Shown piece after piece: positions 19,268-29,045 of a DNA stretch of 64,000 nt. The translations under genes and the position numbers were made by a program. The first letter of the stretch is position 1. Each line of letters starts with the position of its first letter. The notes beneath the pieces were generated by a model. The model ran no database searches, had not been told where the DNA came from, and saw nothing but the letters and a program-made list of their open reading frames with translations. The stretch lies in the sequence record SRR33789315_132, one strand, 5' to 3'.

Positions 19268-20602
19268 TTAAAATTGGTATTGCAAGCTAAGCGCAATGGA
19301 TTCCCGAGAATAGGAGTTCTTGCGCACATTGCGGCTAAAGTCGAAACGAATGGAAGTCCCTTCCCCTAGCTCTATACGTGTGTAGAGATGGTGCGCATTT
19401 GTCTGTGTGGTCAAATTGAGTTCTGTCTCAGGGGCGTCAGTGTAGTTATAACCCACGAGCACTTGCTCATCTATTTGCCAGTGCGCGCCTATATTCCAAC
19501 CGACAGTCTTCTCGCCAAACTCGTCTTTCACAATGCCAACGCCTGGTGTTAGCCAAGCATTTAAATTAAGCAAGTAGTGCGTAAAATCCAGCTTTAACCA
19601 TTGCACGTCGCCATTGCTATAGCGCGATTGTGTAAACGAAGCGCCGAGTGTAGTACTGCCTGAATTCTCACTAGCGAGCATCAAAAGGAAGTTACCACCA
19701 ACACGAATCCGCTGCTCTGGTAATACTTCACTATCGGGAGTGCGAGCGTATGCGAGTTCGAAAGTTGTGTTTTTCTTGCCATACAGTCCGCCTACCTCGA
19801 AGAGTGTGTCTTCGAATCCAAAGCGTTTCGCTTGTTCGCTGCGCAGGTAAACCTGCTTATCTAAGCTTGCACGATATCGGTATTCGAGGGTGCGATCGTA
19901 CCAGTTCTGAAAGCCTGCTTGATCCAATTCGCTTTGCTTAAAGCTGGCGGCAATCTGGTTGTGGACAATATTTGATTGATTCGAGCTTTGGCGCCTAGTG
20001 GTGACATCGATGTGAGTAGGCGCTAAGACTTCCGCACGCTCCAGCACGTCTTCGGCGATCAGATCATTTCCTGCGGCTAACTCAGTATCGTAGAGTCCAA
20101 TCACGGCATCGAGACTAGAAGGATCTTGCGCGATTACTAGATTAAATTGTCTGCGCGCCTCGGCAAAGCGGCGCTGGTAATAATAGACACGCGCCTTTAA
20201 TGAGAGCGCTTCATAATTGTTCGGGTCGATCGCTAATACACTATCAGCGATCTCTATTGACTCGTTATAGGCTCCCGAGTAGGAGAGAATTCTAGCTTTC
20301 GCTAATATCAGTTGAATGTCATCGGGATATCGCTCTAGCGATTTATCGACAATCTCAATAGCTTCGGTATAGCGTTCTTGAAACGCGATCACCATAGCGA
20401 GCAAAAAATCCACCTCATTGGTTTCTGCGGCTAGAGGCAGTGTGCGCTTAAGAGTCTCCTCTGCTGCGGGAAAATCGCCGCTATTTCGTAACTGTAAGGA
20501 TTCTTGAATCAACTCGTCATAGGTCGCTTCGGCGGCGTTGGCAGCAATCCCGTGAAGATTAAACAAAAAGCAAAACAGGGCTGTGTATCGAAAATTAAGC
20601 AA
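19268..20602 (-). CDS. TPR + YaiO-like outer-membrane beta-barrel protein
   Basis: Signal peptide, several TPR-like repeats, alternating beta-strands, C-terminal LQYQF. Confidence 0.78.
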   Translation of the reverse strand: MLNFRYTALFCFLFNLHGIAANAAEATYDELIQESLQLRNSGDFPAAEETLKRTLPLAAETNEVDFLLAMVIAFQERYTEAIEIVDKSLERYPDDIQLILAKARILSYSGAYNESIEIADSVLAIDPNNYEALSLKARVYYYQRRFAEARRQFNLVIAQDPSSLDAVIGLYDTELAAGNDLIAEDVLERAEVLAPTHIDVTTRRQSSNQSNIVHNQIAASFKQSELDQAGFQNWYDRTLEYRYRASLDKQVYLRSEQAKRFGFEDTLFEVGGLYGKKNTTFELAYARTPDSEVLPEQRIRVGGNFLLMLASENSGSTTLGASFTQSRYSNGDVQWLKLDFTHYLLNLNAWLTPGVGIVKDEFGEKTVGWNIGAHWQIDEQVLVGYNYTDAPETELNLTTQTNAHHLYTRIELGEGTSIRFDFSRNVRKNSYSRESIALSLQYQF

Positions 20603-20603
20603 G

Positions 20604-21257
20604 TTACTTCCTCACTTTGAGTAAGAATTTAAACAATTCGTTGTTTTCCATTTCCAGACTAATGGTATCGGTAGCCGATCGATTCAAAGTGAACGTCGAT
20701 CTGACTAGTAGGATCAGGTATAGACTGGCCAGCAAGGCCATTGCAGAATGTGCCGGTGCGCCCGATGAGGAGAGCACAAATATTAAGGGCCCGAGCATAA
20801 GCACATGATAGGGGATAGCCGCAAGAAGAGAGGGATAAAGTGAAATTAACCCTCCGGCCGACATGCCCGCGATGATGAAGACAATGAACGTCTCAGTCCA
20901 AGGGGCGAGATAAAATACTCCCAGTAACGGCAGTATTCCCCAACAGATACCTGATGCATAAATGAAAATCAGATAGACTCTAAGCCAGCGGCGTAGTTTC
21001 TTGAGGTCTTTTTTAAGGCGCTGAAAAATACCGACCATGATGCTGCGCAAAATTGAAATCAACACAATTGCGCCTAGCCAAATAGAGAGTACTGATTCTG
21101 ATTCGACAGAACGAAGCGTTGCGAATACTATCAACGCGTTGATAATGGAGATGAGAAAACTTGATGCGCCGTTGGCAGATAGAGTTTTCAAGGTCTCGTA
21201 TTCGATACTCGCCTTTAGATCTAACTCTGAATCAGAGTAATCTGGGTTTTTAGACAT
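20604..21257 (-). CDS. Stand-alone multi-TM sensor-like domain
   Basis: About 6 TM segments, RRW......SGICWG pattern, ends SLEMENNEL with no output domain. Confidence 0.6.
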   Translation of the reverse strand: MSKNPDYSDSELDLKASIEYETLKTLSANGASSFLISIINALIVFATLRSVESESVLSIWLGAIVLISILRSIMVGIFQRLKKDLKKLRRWLRVYLIFIYASGICWGILPLLGVFYLAPWTETFIVFIIAGMSAGGLISLYPSLLAAIPYHVLMLGPLIFVLSSSGAPAHSAMALLASLYLILLVRSTFTLNRSATDTISLEMENNELFKFLLKVRK

Positions 21258-21297
21258 AAATCGGCCAATCCGGTAGTAGCAGTAAATTAGTAAAACT

Positions 21298-22707
21298 TTA
21301 TTTCTTCGCGAATCCTGTGCGGGTCATTTCACCCCATTTATGCTTAGCGTTGGTTAACCATTCTATCGTACCTTGGATCTTGTAGAACATGTTTAACTGA
21401 CGATAGCCAAAGCACTCTAGAAACGAGTAAAAAGTCAGCAAGAGAAAGCCCTTGATGCTGGTAGTGCCAGGGAAAGTCATTTCGTCTAGAAGAAAGCTAA
21501 ACGTGGACAAAAATACCGATAACATAACTCCGAACATGAAGATTATGCCTGCGTCTATATAGTCAATTTGCTGGGCTAAAATCAAGTAAAGCGTATAGGT
21601 ATAACCCGCTAACTCAACAAAGGGGCTAAGCCATTCGAAGAGAATAAAGAATGGGAACGCCACCCATCCGATAGTGCCACTGCGAGGTTTAAATAACAGG
21701 CTACGATTGAGGAAAAGACTCTCTGAAAGCCCTCTGTGCCAACGCCTGCGCTGAGAGGCAAAGACCTTAAGCGTTTCGGGGGCCTCGGTCCAGCACACTG
21801 GCTCGGGCACATACTCAACGTGAAAAGGTTCTTTTTTCTCCATCATAGTGCGATACATGCGCAGGATTAACTCCATGTCCTCACCAATCGTGGCCGTCTT
21901 ATAGCCACCGGCCGCCACTACAGTGCTTTTACGAAACACACCGAATGCGCCAGAGATGATCAACAAGCCTTTGATTCGCGACCAGGCTACCCGGCCATAT
22001 AGGAAAGCGCGTAAATACTCGACCATTTGAAAGGTCGCTAAGAAATTTGAAGGCACTCCTCGACTAACTACTTGTCCATCTTCGACCTTGCAGCCATTGG
22101 CAATACGAACCGTTCCCCCGCTGGCTATAGTCTCGGGGTGGTCCATAAAGGGCTGTACCACTTTTATTAGACTATCAGGCTCTAGAATAGAATCCGCATC
22201 GATGCAACAGAACAAAGGACTATGGGAGATATTGATACCCGCATTGATGGCGTCGGCCTTACCACCATTGACCTTATCGACCAGACGCAGGTTCTTTACT
22301 TTGTGCGAGAGATAAACCTTCTTGATCTGCGCACAGGGAAGAGAGATTGAGACATGTTCGGGAAACTCCTCGAAGTCAAACTCCTTAATAAGCGTCGCTA
22401 AGGTTTTGTCTTTGGAGCCGTCATTAACCACGATGATCTCAAGGCGTGGATAGTTCAGCTTTAAAAGCGAATTTACTGAAGCGGTAATTGTTAGCTCTTC
22501 GTTATACGCAGGAACAACAATAGAGATCGGCGGCTCTTGTCTATTGTCCAAGGATTCATCTTTCTCGGTTCGCTTCAGGCGCCGATAAGAGCGTAAAGTA
22601 TCGAACGCAATGACATTCAATACGATGTAAGAGCCAGTACACGCTAATACGTATACTAGGAAGCCAATAGAAATTGCGTACTCGATACTGTTCATGCCGT
22701 CATCCAC
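21298..22707 (-). CDS. Processive GT2 glycosyltransferase (PgaC/IcaA/chitin-synthase-like)
   Basis: VPAYNEE, NDGSKD, NGGKADAIN, DADS, SGAFG, GEDME, QRRRW; C-terminal TM helices. Confidence 0.92.
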   Translation of the reverse strand: MDDGMNSIEYAISIGFLVYVLACTGSYIVLNVIAFDTLRSYRRLKRTEKDESLDNRQEPPISIVVPAYNEELTITASVNSLLKLNYPRLEIIVVNDGSKDKTLATLIKEFDFEEFPEHVSISLPCAQIKKVYLSHKVKNLRLVDKVNGGKADAINAGINISHSPLFCCIDADSILEPDSLIKVVQPFMDHPETIASGGTVRIANGCKVEDGQVVSRGVPSNFLATFQMVEYLRAFLYGRVAWSRIKGLLIISGAFGVFRKSTVVAAGGYKTATIGEDMELILRMYRTMMEKKEPFHVEYVPEPVCWTEAPETLKVFASQRRRWHRGLSESLFLNRSLLFKPRSGTIGWVAFPFFILFEWLSPFVELAGYTYTLYLILAQQIDYIDAGIIFMFGVMLSVFLSTFSFLLDEMTFPGTTSIKGFLLLTFYSFLECFGYRQLNMFYKIQGTIEWLTNAKHKWGEMTRTGFAKK

Positions 22708-23738
22708 TGCTTTTCAATCATGACGTGATGAAGCGTTTCGGCTGCATTTTTGTCGTTCAAGGTAGTGCTGAGTACTTCTAAGAACTGATAGTCTTTGTCC
22801 GCCAACTTCACTATTGCTTTTGCAGCGCGATAGCGGAACCACCAATCTTTGTTTTTTAACAAGGGGATGATAAGCGGAATGTCTTCGATATCCCCGAGTT
22901 TGCCGAGCGCATTAGCGGCCTGAATTCGCAGGAAAGTAGTTTCATGTTCCAAGAAAGGTATGACGATAGACTTTTCCTTTGGGCCCCCAAGATTGCCGAC
23001 GGCGCGTAGTAAGGATCCAGCCTCTTCGTTGTCACGAGATTGATGGAGTTTCTCGATGACCATGGGGAGTAGGGCTGGATCCGAGCTGCGCTCGGCCAAA
23101 GCGATGAAATTTTTAATCGTATAATTCGGGAGTCTATCGAGAAAGGGTTGTAAAAGAAGTAGGATTTTTCCACCACCTGCAGCGCCAATCTGAATAGTGA
23201 TTGCAGGAGCGAGTTCCGAGAACCGGAACAGTGTTCTAATCACCGCTTTCTCAAAGTTCTTAGCTTGCGTTCGCACGAGTGTTGTACAGGCGCGTAATGC
23301 AATGTTGCGATTTCTAGAGCCCAAGGCAACCCAGACGTATTTTTCGATTCCGTCATCCGAAATCCACTGAGCAGCAGTCAGCGCTAGCATGGTTTCCCAC
23401 ACAGGACGTTTAAACAATACGAAGCTTGATGGGCGCAGGATACGGTAAATAGTGCGGTGAAGCCCAATCTTAATCGCTATCGCGTTGAGCTTCTCAGATT
23501 CCGGGGAGCGGCTCTTCGAACGATACTTCGTCCATAACTCCAATACGACAGGCCAGTCACGTTTCTTGATCCTTGGAGTTTCCAATAACTCAAATTGAAA
23601 AATTAGCGACCACGAGGATTCTACCCGAGCCAGGCGATTGCGATTGACGGTGTAGGTAAACCGAATAGCCATGAGGTAGAGCGTTGTCATGATCACCAGC
23701 GCCATCAAAACCAGAGTCGCATAGAAGAGGGTCTCCAT
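22692..23738 (-). CDS. Membrane-anchored HEAT-repeat protein
   Basis: N-terminal TM; LRIQAANALGKLG, WWFRYRAAKAI HEAT-like repeats; overlaps the GT2 start. Confidence 0.8.
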   Translation of the reverse strand: METLFYATLVLMALVIMTTLYLMAIRFTYTVNRNRLARVESSWSLIFQFELLETPRIKKRDWPVVLELWTKYRSKSRSPESEKLNAIAIKIGLHRTIYRILRPSSFVLFKRPVWETMLALTAAQWISDDGIEKYVWVALGSRNRNIALRACTTLVRTQAKNFEKAVIRTLFRFSELAPAITIQIGAAGGGKILLLLQPFLDRLPNYTIKNFIALAERSSDPALLPMVIEKLHQSRDNEEAGSLLRAVGNLGGPKEKSIVIPFLEHETTFLRIQAANALGKLGDIEDIPLIIPLLKNKDWWFRYRAAKAIVKLADKDYQFLEVLSTTLNDKNAAETLHHVMIEKQWMTA

Positions 23739-24270
23739 GATCGAGGCGCGAGTTGCAAAGAATTGATCGATTTGTGCGAAACTAGAGTTAATGTTGAAGG
23801 CTCCTACACTCGATAATTAGCCAAGAAAGATAAATATTACCGTTCTCGTCGATGCCCCATGGCAAATCTAGGTTCAGCAGGGCAATGGAGTTTGGGTGTC
23901 CGGCCATGATTTGATGCCTATAGAGCTTAAATAGGCAGTTTTGCTCGAATTTTGAGTGCCGCTAGTATATTCGATGCGTGGTCCACTTGTAACTGGAAAT
24001 CGCAGCTATATTGGCGGGTTCTAGGGGCTTTCAATGGTCAGATGGGCAGCGTTTGGGGGGATGAACAAAAAAGTTAGCCGCCCGATCTGCTCGAGTAGAG
24101 CCTAGCGTTGGAAGTTTTAGTTCTTATGAACTCGAATTGACCAGGTGTTGTCCTAGAAATATTGTTTATTGCCTCGGGTTTCGCGATCGAGATTTGTGCA
24201 TTTCTGAGCGTCTTTTTTAGTGGAACGATCATGTATTAAATGCTTTGCTTCGTTGCTCTATTGCTTCCCA

Positions 24271-24291
24271 AACCCGCTAGCCTAGCGGGTT
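24271..24291. promoter_or_regulatory. Perfect palindrome upstream of the TonB receptor
   Basis: AACCCGCTAG-C-CTAGCGGGTT followed by a T-rich tract. Confidence 0.45.
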
Positions 24292-24432
24292 GCAGCCTTT
24301 ATTTTTGTTGCTTTGAACTGGCATCTTCGATACATTGCGACGCTAATCCTTGTTGTGCAGTGGCAATGAATAGCGGACAAATGAATTGTCCGTGTTGCCA
24401 TAGCGTTTAGTCGTTTGCTAAGGAAGCCTTCC

Positions 24433-27400
24433 ATGTCCAATTTGAAGCACCAACTCCCATCTCCCTTTAAGAAAGACACCCTCAGTGTTGCCATCTTTGT
24501 CGCCCTCTGTAGTGCCACGATGCCCTCGTACGCGCAACAAGGGGAAAGCGGTTCAGTGCTAGAAGAGGTGCTAGTGACGGGTTCTTATCTACGCGGCAGT
24601 CCAGTCGATGCCCCTTCGCCAGTACAGGTGATCGATCGCAACGCCATCGAATATCAAGGTGCAGCGCAAATATGGGATGTGATTAAGAATCTCGAAGCGA
24701 ACTCTGGCTCGATATCGAACGTTGGTTCGGGAGAGAATTCGCAGACGGAGGGCGTTGCCAACATCAATCTACGCAACCTCGGTGAGAACTCTACCCTGAC
24801 GCTCATCAATGGAAAGCGCCAAGTCGCCGCCGCCACCACAACGCGTAGTGGCGGCGAGATGGTGGACTTGAACGCAATCCCGATGGTGATGGTGGAGCGT
24901 CTGGAAGTACTGACAGATGGTGGATCTGCAACTTATGGTTCGGACGCAGTTGCCGGTGCGGTCAACGTTATCATGCGCACTGAGTTCGAAGGCTTTGAGC
25001 TCTATGGCGACTTGCAGAACGTCGAGGCGGCAGGAGATCTTTTCGATACGACGCTCAGTGCCATCTGGGGCTGGTCGGACGTGAGCTCTGACACCCACAT
25101 GGTCTTTGCTGTGGAACAGTACAAACGCGACCCTGTGCCCGTTGAGTACGCACGCTATTTTGATGAGAACTCTGAATTCAGCGACATCGTTGGGGGTACT
25201 CCCAGTGCTGCGGAATCCGTGTTCAATAGCCCCCAGTTCGGGGCGAATTTCAACATGGCCTACTACAACCCTGCGGTGGTGGCGCGCAATATTGCAGAAG
25301 GTGGCAGTAGCGAGCCTGTCTATACAGATCCTCTATGTAGCAGCTTAACCGATGCCAACGGCGATGCATTCTATGTGGGACATCGTGCCGACAGACGTGG
25401 CCTGAACACAGGGGACTGCCGAGAGAGTGTGCACGAGTTTCACAATATGACGCTAGGCATGGAGCGTAATAGCTTAGCGGGTGCCTTCAGCCATAGTGTT
25501 AGTGACAAGGCGGAGTTGTACTCCTTTGTGCAATGGTCAAAGAACCGAATCGAACGCACGGACTCAGGCGCCATTAGCTCACGTGGCCCCGCCGTATTTC
25601 TCGCAGCGCCGGGCTCTCATATCGGCAATCCGCAATGGGGAGGTTATGCGATTGGCAAGAGCGCGGAGCTTGGTTTCTTCGCTCCTGCTGTCGGCTTGGC
25701 AAGACCCACTAGCATCCCCAATTCACCTAATGCGTTAGCCAATGGGGGCATGAATAGTCCTTTATGGTCGACCATTCGGGTTAACACACCACGCACTGGC
25801 GGCGACAGCAATTTCACGGAGAGTGAAACCGTTGGGGCGCAGGTAGGGGTTAAAGGCGAGCTCTATGCCCTAAACGAGCGACGCTTTACCTACGATGTCA
25901 GTTACTCGTGGAGTGGCACTAGCTTCGAGCAGACTTACCGCACACTTCAGCGCGACCGCGCAGAGTTGGCGGCCAATGGCTTGGGCGGTACCGATTGCAC
26001 TCCCAACGGCAGTGCTAATTTCGATTTTCGCCACGCGCCCGGCCCATTGGGTGGATTGCTTCCGACCTTCTGGAATGTGTCAAATGGCGCCCTCGGTGAT
26101 GGGCTAACCCAGGAATTCTTCCCCGGATTCGTATTTGCCACTCGCGAGAGCCTTTCTCTAGCCTTAACTAGCAATAACCAAGGGCAGGGGGGGTGTGAAT
26201 TCTACAATCCTTTCCTCACCGCCTTGGTCAATCCTGCTTTAGCGAATTCGCCCGAACTAGTCGATTGGATGACACCAATGGTATTGCGCGCGGACAAACG
26301 CAATAAGTTAGGTGTAATCGATGCGGTTGTGACGGGTGAGCTTATGGAGTTGAGTGGCGGCACAGCCCAAGTGGCGGTGGGTGCTCAATACCGCATGCAG
26401 AATAATGAATCCCGTGCCCCTGCAATCAATTATCCCGGCATTCCGAATGCCATTTTGGGGTATGACCAGAGTGGCGTGCCAAACGACTTTCATTACGTCA
26501 GCAATAATTTCGAGTGCGCATCTTGCATCTTCAACTACGATCACGATCGTAATGTGAAGGCGTTGTTTACGGAGTTTTCCCTGCCACTTCTGCCGGATCT
26601 AGAAACACAATTTGCACTTCGTTGGGAAAGTTACGGCGGCAATATTGGCAGTGAAGTCACGCCTAAGATCGCCGCGAGTTGGCGTCCAATGGATACCTTG
26701 TTGCTGCGTGGGTCTTTCTCACAAGCTTTTCGTGCACCGAATATTGGAATCGTGAAACAGGGGCTCGAGGGTTCGCGCAACACATTCCGTGACCCGCTAC
26801 GCAATCAAGCGGTGCGCGCAGGGCTACTCCCTCCCACCAATGCGAATGCGCTGCCTAATGCCTCTTATACAGTAGGGGTGCCAGAGCCCAGTCTTGGCAA
26901 TGAACATTCCGATACCTTTAGTGCCGGCTTCATTTGGACGCCCGCGGGTGGCCTGTTCGATGGATTAATGGTCAATGCGGACTTCTGGCGGTTTGAGTTA
27001 AAAGATAAGGTGCTGCCACAACCGGGAATCTCCGCGATTGCCGGCGAGATCGAAGCGTTCAAACAAGCGGCGGCGAATCCGAGTAACTATTTGCTCAACA
27101 GCTCACTGTCAGTCAATGCGCAAGTGGCCTACGAGCCCTGTGACCCGAATGCCATAGAGGCGCAGTACGGCAAGAATTCCCCCGAGCGTTTGAATTGTGT
27201 CGTGGACCCGCGCACCTATATAGTTCCGGGTGTAACACGTACCTTAAATTCCACTAACGCCGAACTCAGTACCACAGTGCTTAGTACCATTAATGCCGGC
27301 ACTATTATTTCCGATGGCGTGGATGTGAAATTGGGCTATAGCTGGGATAGCGATTTTGGGCAATTCCGGTTGGGGCTGGACTATACCCATGTGCGTCAAT

Positions 27401-27888
27401 ACCAACTCATCGATGTACCAGGCCTAGAATTGGGGTTGTTAGAAACGGGCGAGTTCGACGCGGCGGGCACTACGGGCGACGGCAATCTCGTCCGCTCGCT
27501 GCCGGATAACCGCGGCAATATCAATCTTAACTGGAACATGGGCAGGCATAGCGCCACGGCCATCACGCGCTTGATCGGTTCCTACCGGGACTTAGCGTAT
27601 GAAAGTACCTTTGAGACTGGCAACGATCTAGTGCGCTCCTTAGTAAGCAAAGAGATCGCGAGTTATCAGACGTGGGATTTCCAATACAGCTACACGATGG
27701 ATTGGGCAAACTCCAATCTTGGGACTTCGATTTTCTCAATAGGGGTCTTGGATGCCTTCAACGCCGAGCTGACCTACCGTGAAAGTGGCTCTACTTTCTA
27801 TGATTCCAGCTTAGTGTCTAACTACGACGCCAGCGTGTTCGATGGCCGTGGCCGCAGACTCTATGCGCGAGCGTTGCTGCAGTTCTAA
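24433..27888 (+). CDS. TonB-dependent receptor
   Basis: Signal peptide, TonB box EEVLVTGS, plug (NLRNLG..TLTLINGKR; ERLEVLTDGGSATYGSDAVAGAVN), C-terminal Phe. Confidence 0.95.
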   Translation: MSNLKHQLPSPFKKDTLSVAIFVALCSATMPSYAQQGESGSVLEEVLVTGSYLRGSPVDAPSPVQVIDRNAIEYQGAAQIWDVIKNLEANSGSISNVGSGENSQTEGVANINLRNLGENSTLTLINGKRQVAAATTTRSGGEMVDLNAIPMVMVERLEVLTDGGSATYGSDAVAGAVNVIMRTEFEGFELYGDLQNVEAAGDLFDTTLSAIWGWSDVSSDTHMVFAVEQYKRDPVPVEYARYFDENSEFSDIVGGTPSAAESVFNSPQFGANFNMAYYNPAVVARNIAEGGSSEPVYTDPLCSSLTDANGDAFYVGHRADRRGLNTGDCRESVHEFHNMTLGMERNSLAGAFSHSVSDKAELYSFVQWSKNRIERTDSGAISSRGPAVFLAAPGSHIGNPQWGGYAIGKSAELGFFAPAVGLARPTSIPNSPNALANGGMNSPLWSTIRVNTPRTGGDSNFTESETVGAQVGVKGELYALNERRFTYDVSYSWSGTSFEQTYRTLQRDRAELAANGLGGTDCTPNGSANFDFRHAPGPLGGLLPTFWNVSNGALGDGLTQEFFPGFVFATRESLSLALTSNNQGQGGCEFYNPFLTALVNPALANSPELVDWMTPMVLRADKRNKLGVIDAVVTGELMELSGGTAQVAVGAQYRMQNNESRAPAINYPGIPNAILGYDQSGVPNDFHYVSNNFECASCIFNYDHDRNVKALFTEFSLPLLPDLETQFALRWESYGGNIGSEVTPKIAASWRPMDTLLLRGSFSQAFRAPNIGIVKQGLEGSRNTFRDPLRNQAVRAGLLPPTNANALPNASYTVGVPEPSLGNEHSDTFSAGFIWTPAGGLFDGLMVNADFWRFELKDKVLPQPGISAIAGEIEAFKQAAANPSNYLLNSSLSVNAQVAYEPCDPNAIEAQYGKNSPERLNCVVDPRTYIVPGVTRTLNSTNAELSTTVLSTINAGTIISDGVDVKLGYSWDSDFGQFRLGLDYTHVRQYQLIDVPGLELGLLETGEFDAAGTTGDGNLVRSLPDNRGNINLNWNMGRHSATAITRLIGSYRDLAYESTFETGNDLVRSLVSKEIASYQTWDFQYSYTMDWANSNLGTSIFSIGVLDAFNAELTYRESGSTFYDSSLVSNYDASVFDGRGRRLYARALLQF

Positions 27889-27900
27889 GTCCCTCGTTTC

Positions 27901-27933
27901 ATAGTGGTATCCCAAATTTAGGGATATCACTAT
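27901..27933. terminator. Terminator after the TonB receptor
   Basis: ATAGTGGTATCCC-AAATTTA-GGGATATCACTAT followed by GTTTT. Confidence 0.75.
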
Positions 27934-27943
27934 GTTTTAACAG

Positions 27944-27967
27944 CTTTGTTATGCAAAGTACTTGACA
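27944..27967 (+). promoter_or_regulatory. Operator copy 1, overlapping a TTGACA -35 box
   Basis: CTTTGTTATGCAAAGTACTT, then TTGACA at 27962-27967. Confidence 0.7.
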
Positions 27968-27998
27968 GTATTTAATGTTCGCGGCACTCTTCTGCGCT

Positions 27999-28601
27999 AT
28001 GAAATCACGTTCCTCTAAAAGTCCTGAACCGATCTCTTTACAAGAGCATGCGCAGGATAATCTTCGTTTTATACGCGCCACCATGGAAAGCACTACCGCT
28101 TTCACGGGGGTATCGGGGCTGGGCTATGTTTGCGCTGGAGCTACAGCGATTCCGGCTGCTTGGCTAGCGCAAACACAAAAGACAGAGGAGGGCTGGCTCA
28201 CGATTTGGATGTTAGAGCTTCTAATCGGAGCGGGAATCGCGTTTGGTCTGACCATTCGAAAGGCGACCACGCAAGGGACTTCTCTTTTCTCTGCCAGTGG
28301 TAAAAAACTCCTAATGGCTTTCTTACCAGCGATGCTGGTTGGGGGGGTTATAACTCTAGCGTTTTACCTATCGGACTTCGTTGCGCTGCTACCAGGTTTA
28401 TGGCTCTGTCTTTACGGGGCCGCAGTGATGACAGCGGGCGCTTGGTCTGTACGAGTGATCCCTGTAATGGGTGGCGTCTTTCTCTTGTTTGGCGCTATCA
28501 CGCTTTTAGCGCCAGTATCTGGTGATTTGATGTTGGGGCTCGGCATGGGCGGCATTCATTTGTGCTTTGGATTTATAATTTGGAGATACTATGGGGGCTG
28601 A
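27999..28601 (+). CDS. Integral membrane protein (about 6 TM)
   Basis: A.DNLRFIRATME N-terminus, H..FG.II.R.Y C-terminus; overlaps the wHTH gene. Confidence 0.75.
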   Translation: MKSRSSKSPEPISLQEHAQDNLRFIRATMESTTAFTGVSGLGYVCAGATAIPAAWLAQTQKTEEGWLTIWMLELLIGAGIAFGLTIRKATTQGTSLFSASGKKLLMAFLPAMLVGGVITLAFYLSDFVALLPGLWLCLYGAAVMTAGAWSVRVIPVMGGVFLLFGAITLLAPVSGDLMLGLGMGGIHLCFGFIIWRYYGG

Positions 28602-28971
28602 AATTAAGGCGAAACCACAATCTGGCAATGCCATCGCAGCGAAGGCTGAACTACGTGCCAAACCGCAATCAGAGTCTGCAACCAATCTCGATCGGCTCAT
28701 TCACGAACGCACTCGTTTGGCGCTAGTGAGCGCACTTGCCGCAGAGAAAATGCTGACGTTCAATGATTTGAAATCTCTTCTGTCCATATCCGATGGAAAT
28801 CTCAGTGCGCATGCCCGAAAATTGGAAGACGCAGGCTATATCGATTGTAAGAAAAGTTTTGAAGGACGTGTGCCTAGAACAGAGTATCGACTTACTAGCA
28901 GTGGGAAGGCTGCATTGCAGAAGTACATAGGGCATATGGAGGCATTAATTAACGCAGTGAAGAAAAAGTAG
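28591..28971 (+). CDS. Winged-helix transcriptional regulator (ArsR/MarR-like)
   Basis: LDRLIHERTRL, F.DLK..L.ISDGNLSAH..KLEDAGYI, PRTEY.LT..G. Confidence 0.9.
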   Translation: MGAEIKAKPQSGNAIAAKAELRAKPQSESATNLDRLIHERTRLALVSALAAEKMLTFNDLKSLLSISDGNLSAHARKLEDAGYIDCKKSFEGRVPRTEYRLTSSGKAALQKYIGHMEALINAVKKK

Positions 28972-28989
28972 GTTTTTTTTTGATAATCA

Positions 28990-29010
28990 ACTTTGTAATG
29001 CAAAGTACTT
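28990..29010 (+). promoter_or_regulatory. Operator copy 2
   Basis: ACTTTGTAATGCAAAGTACTT; 19/20 identical to 27944-27963. Confidence 0.7.
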
Positions 29011-29045
29011 AATAACGAATCAATTGAGAGGGAAGGAGTTCGGCC

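Noticed and set aside
23788-23907. 39-aa minus ORF (IALLNLDLPWGIDE) as a response-regulator remnant upstream of the HEAT gene
   Set aside because: Similarity limited to a few residues; cannot be supported without a search
24320-24375. Sigma54 promoter before the TonB receptor
   Set aside because: TGGCA motifs present but GG-GC spacing is not 10 nt
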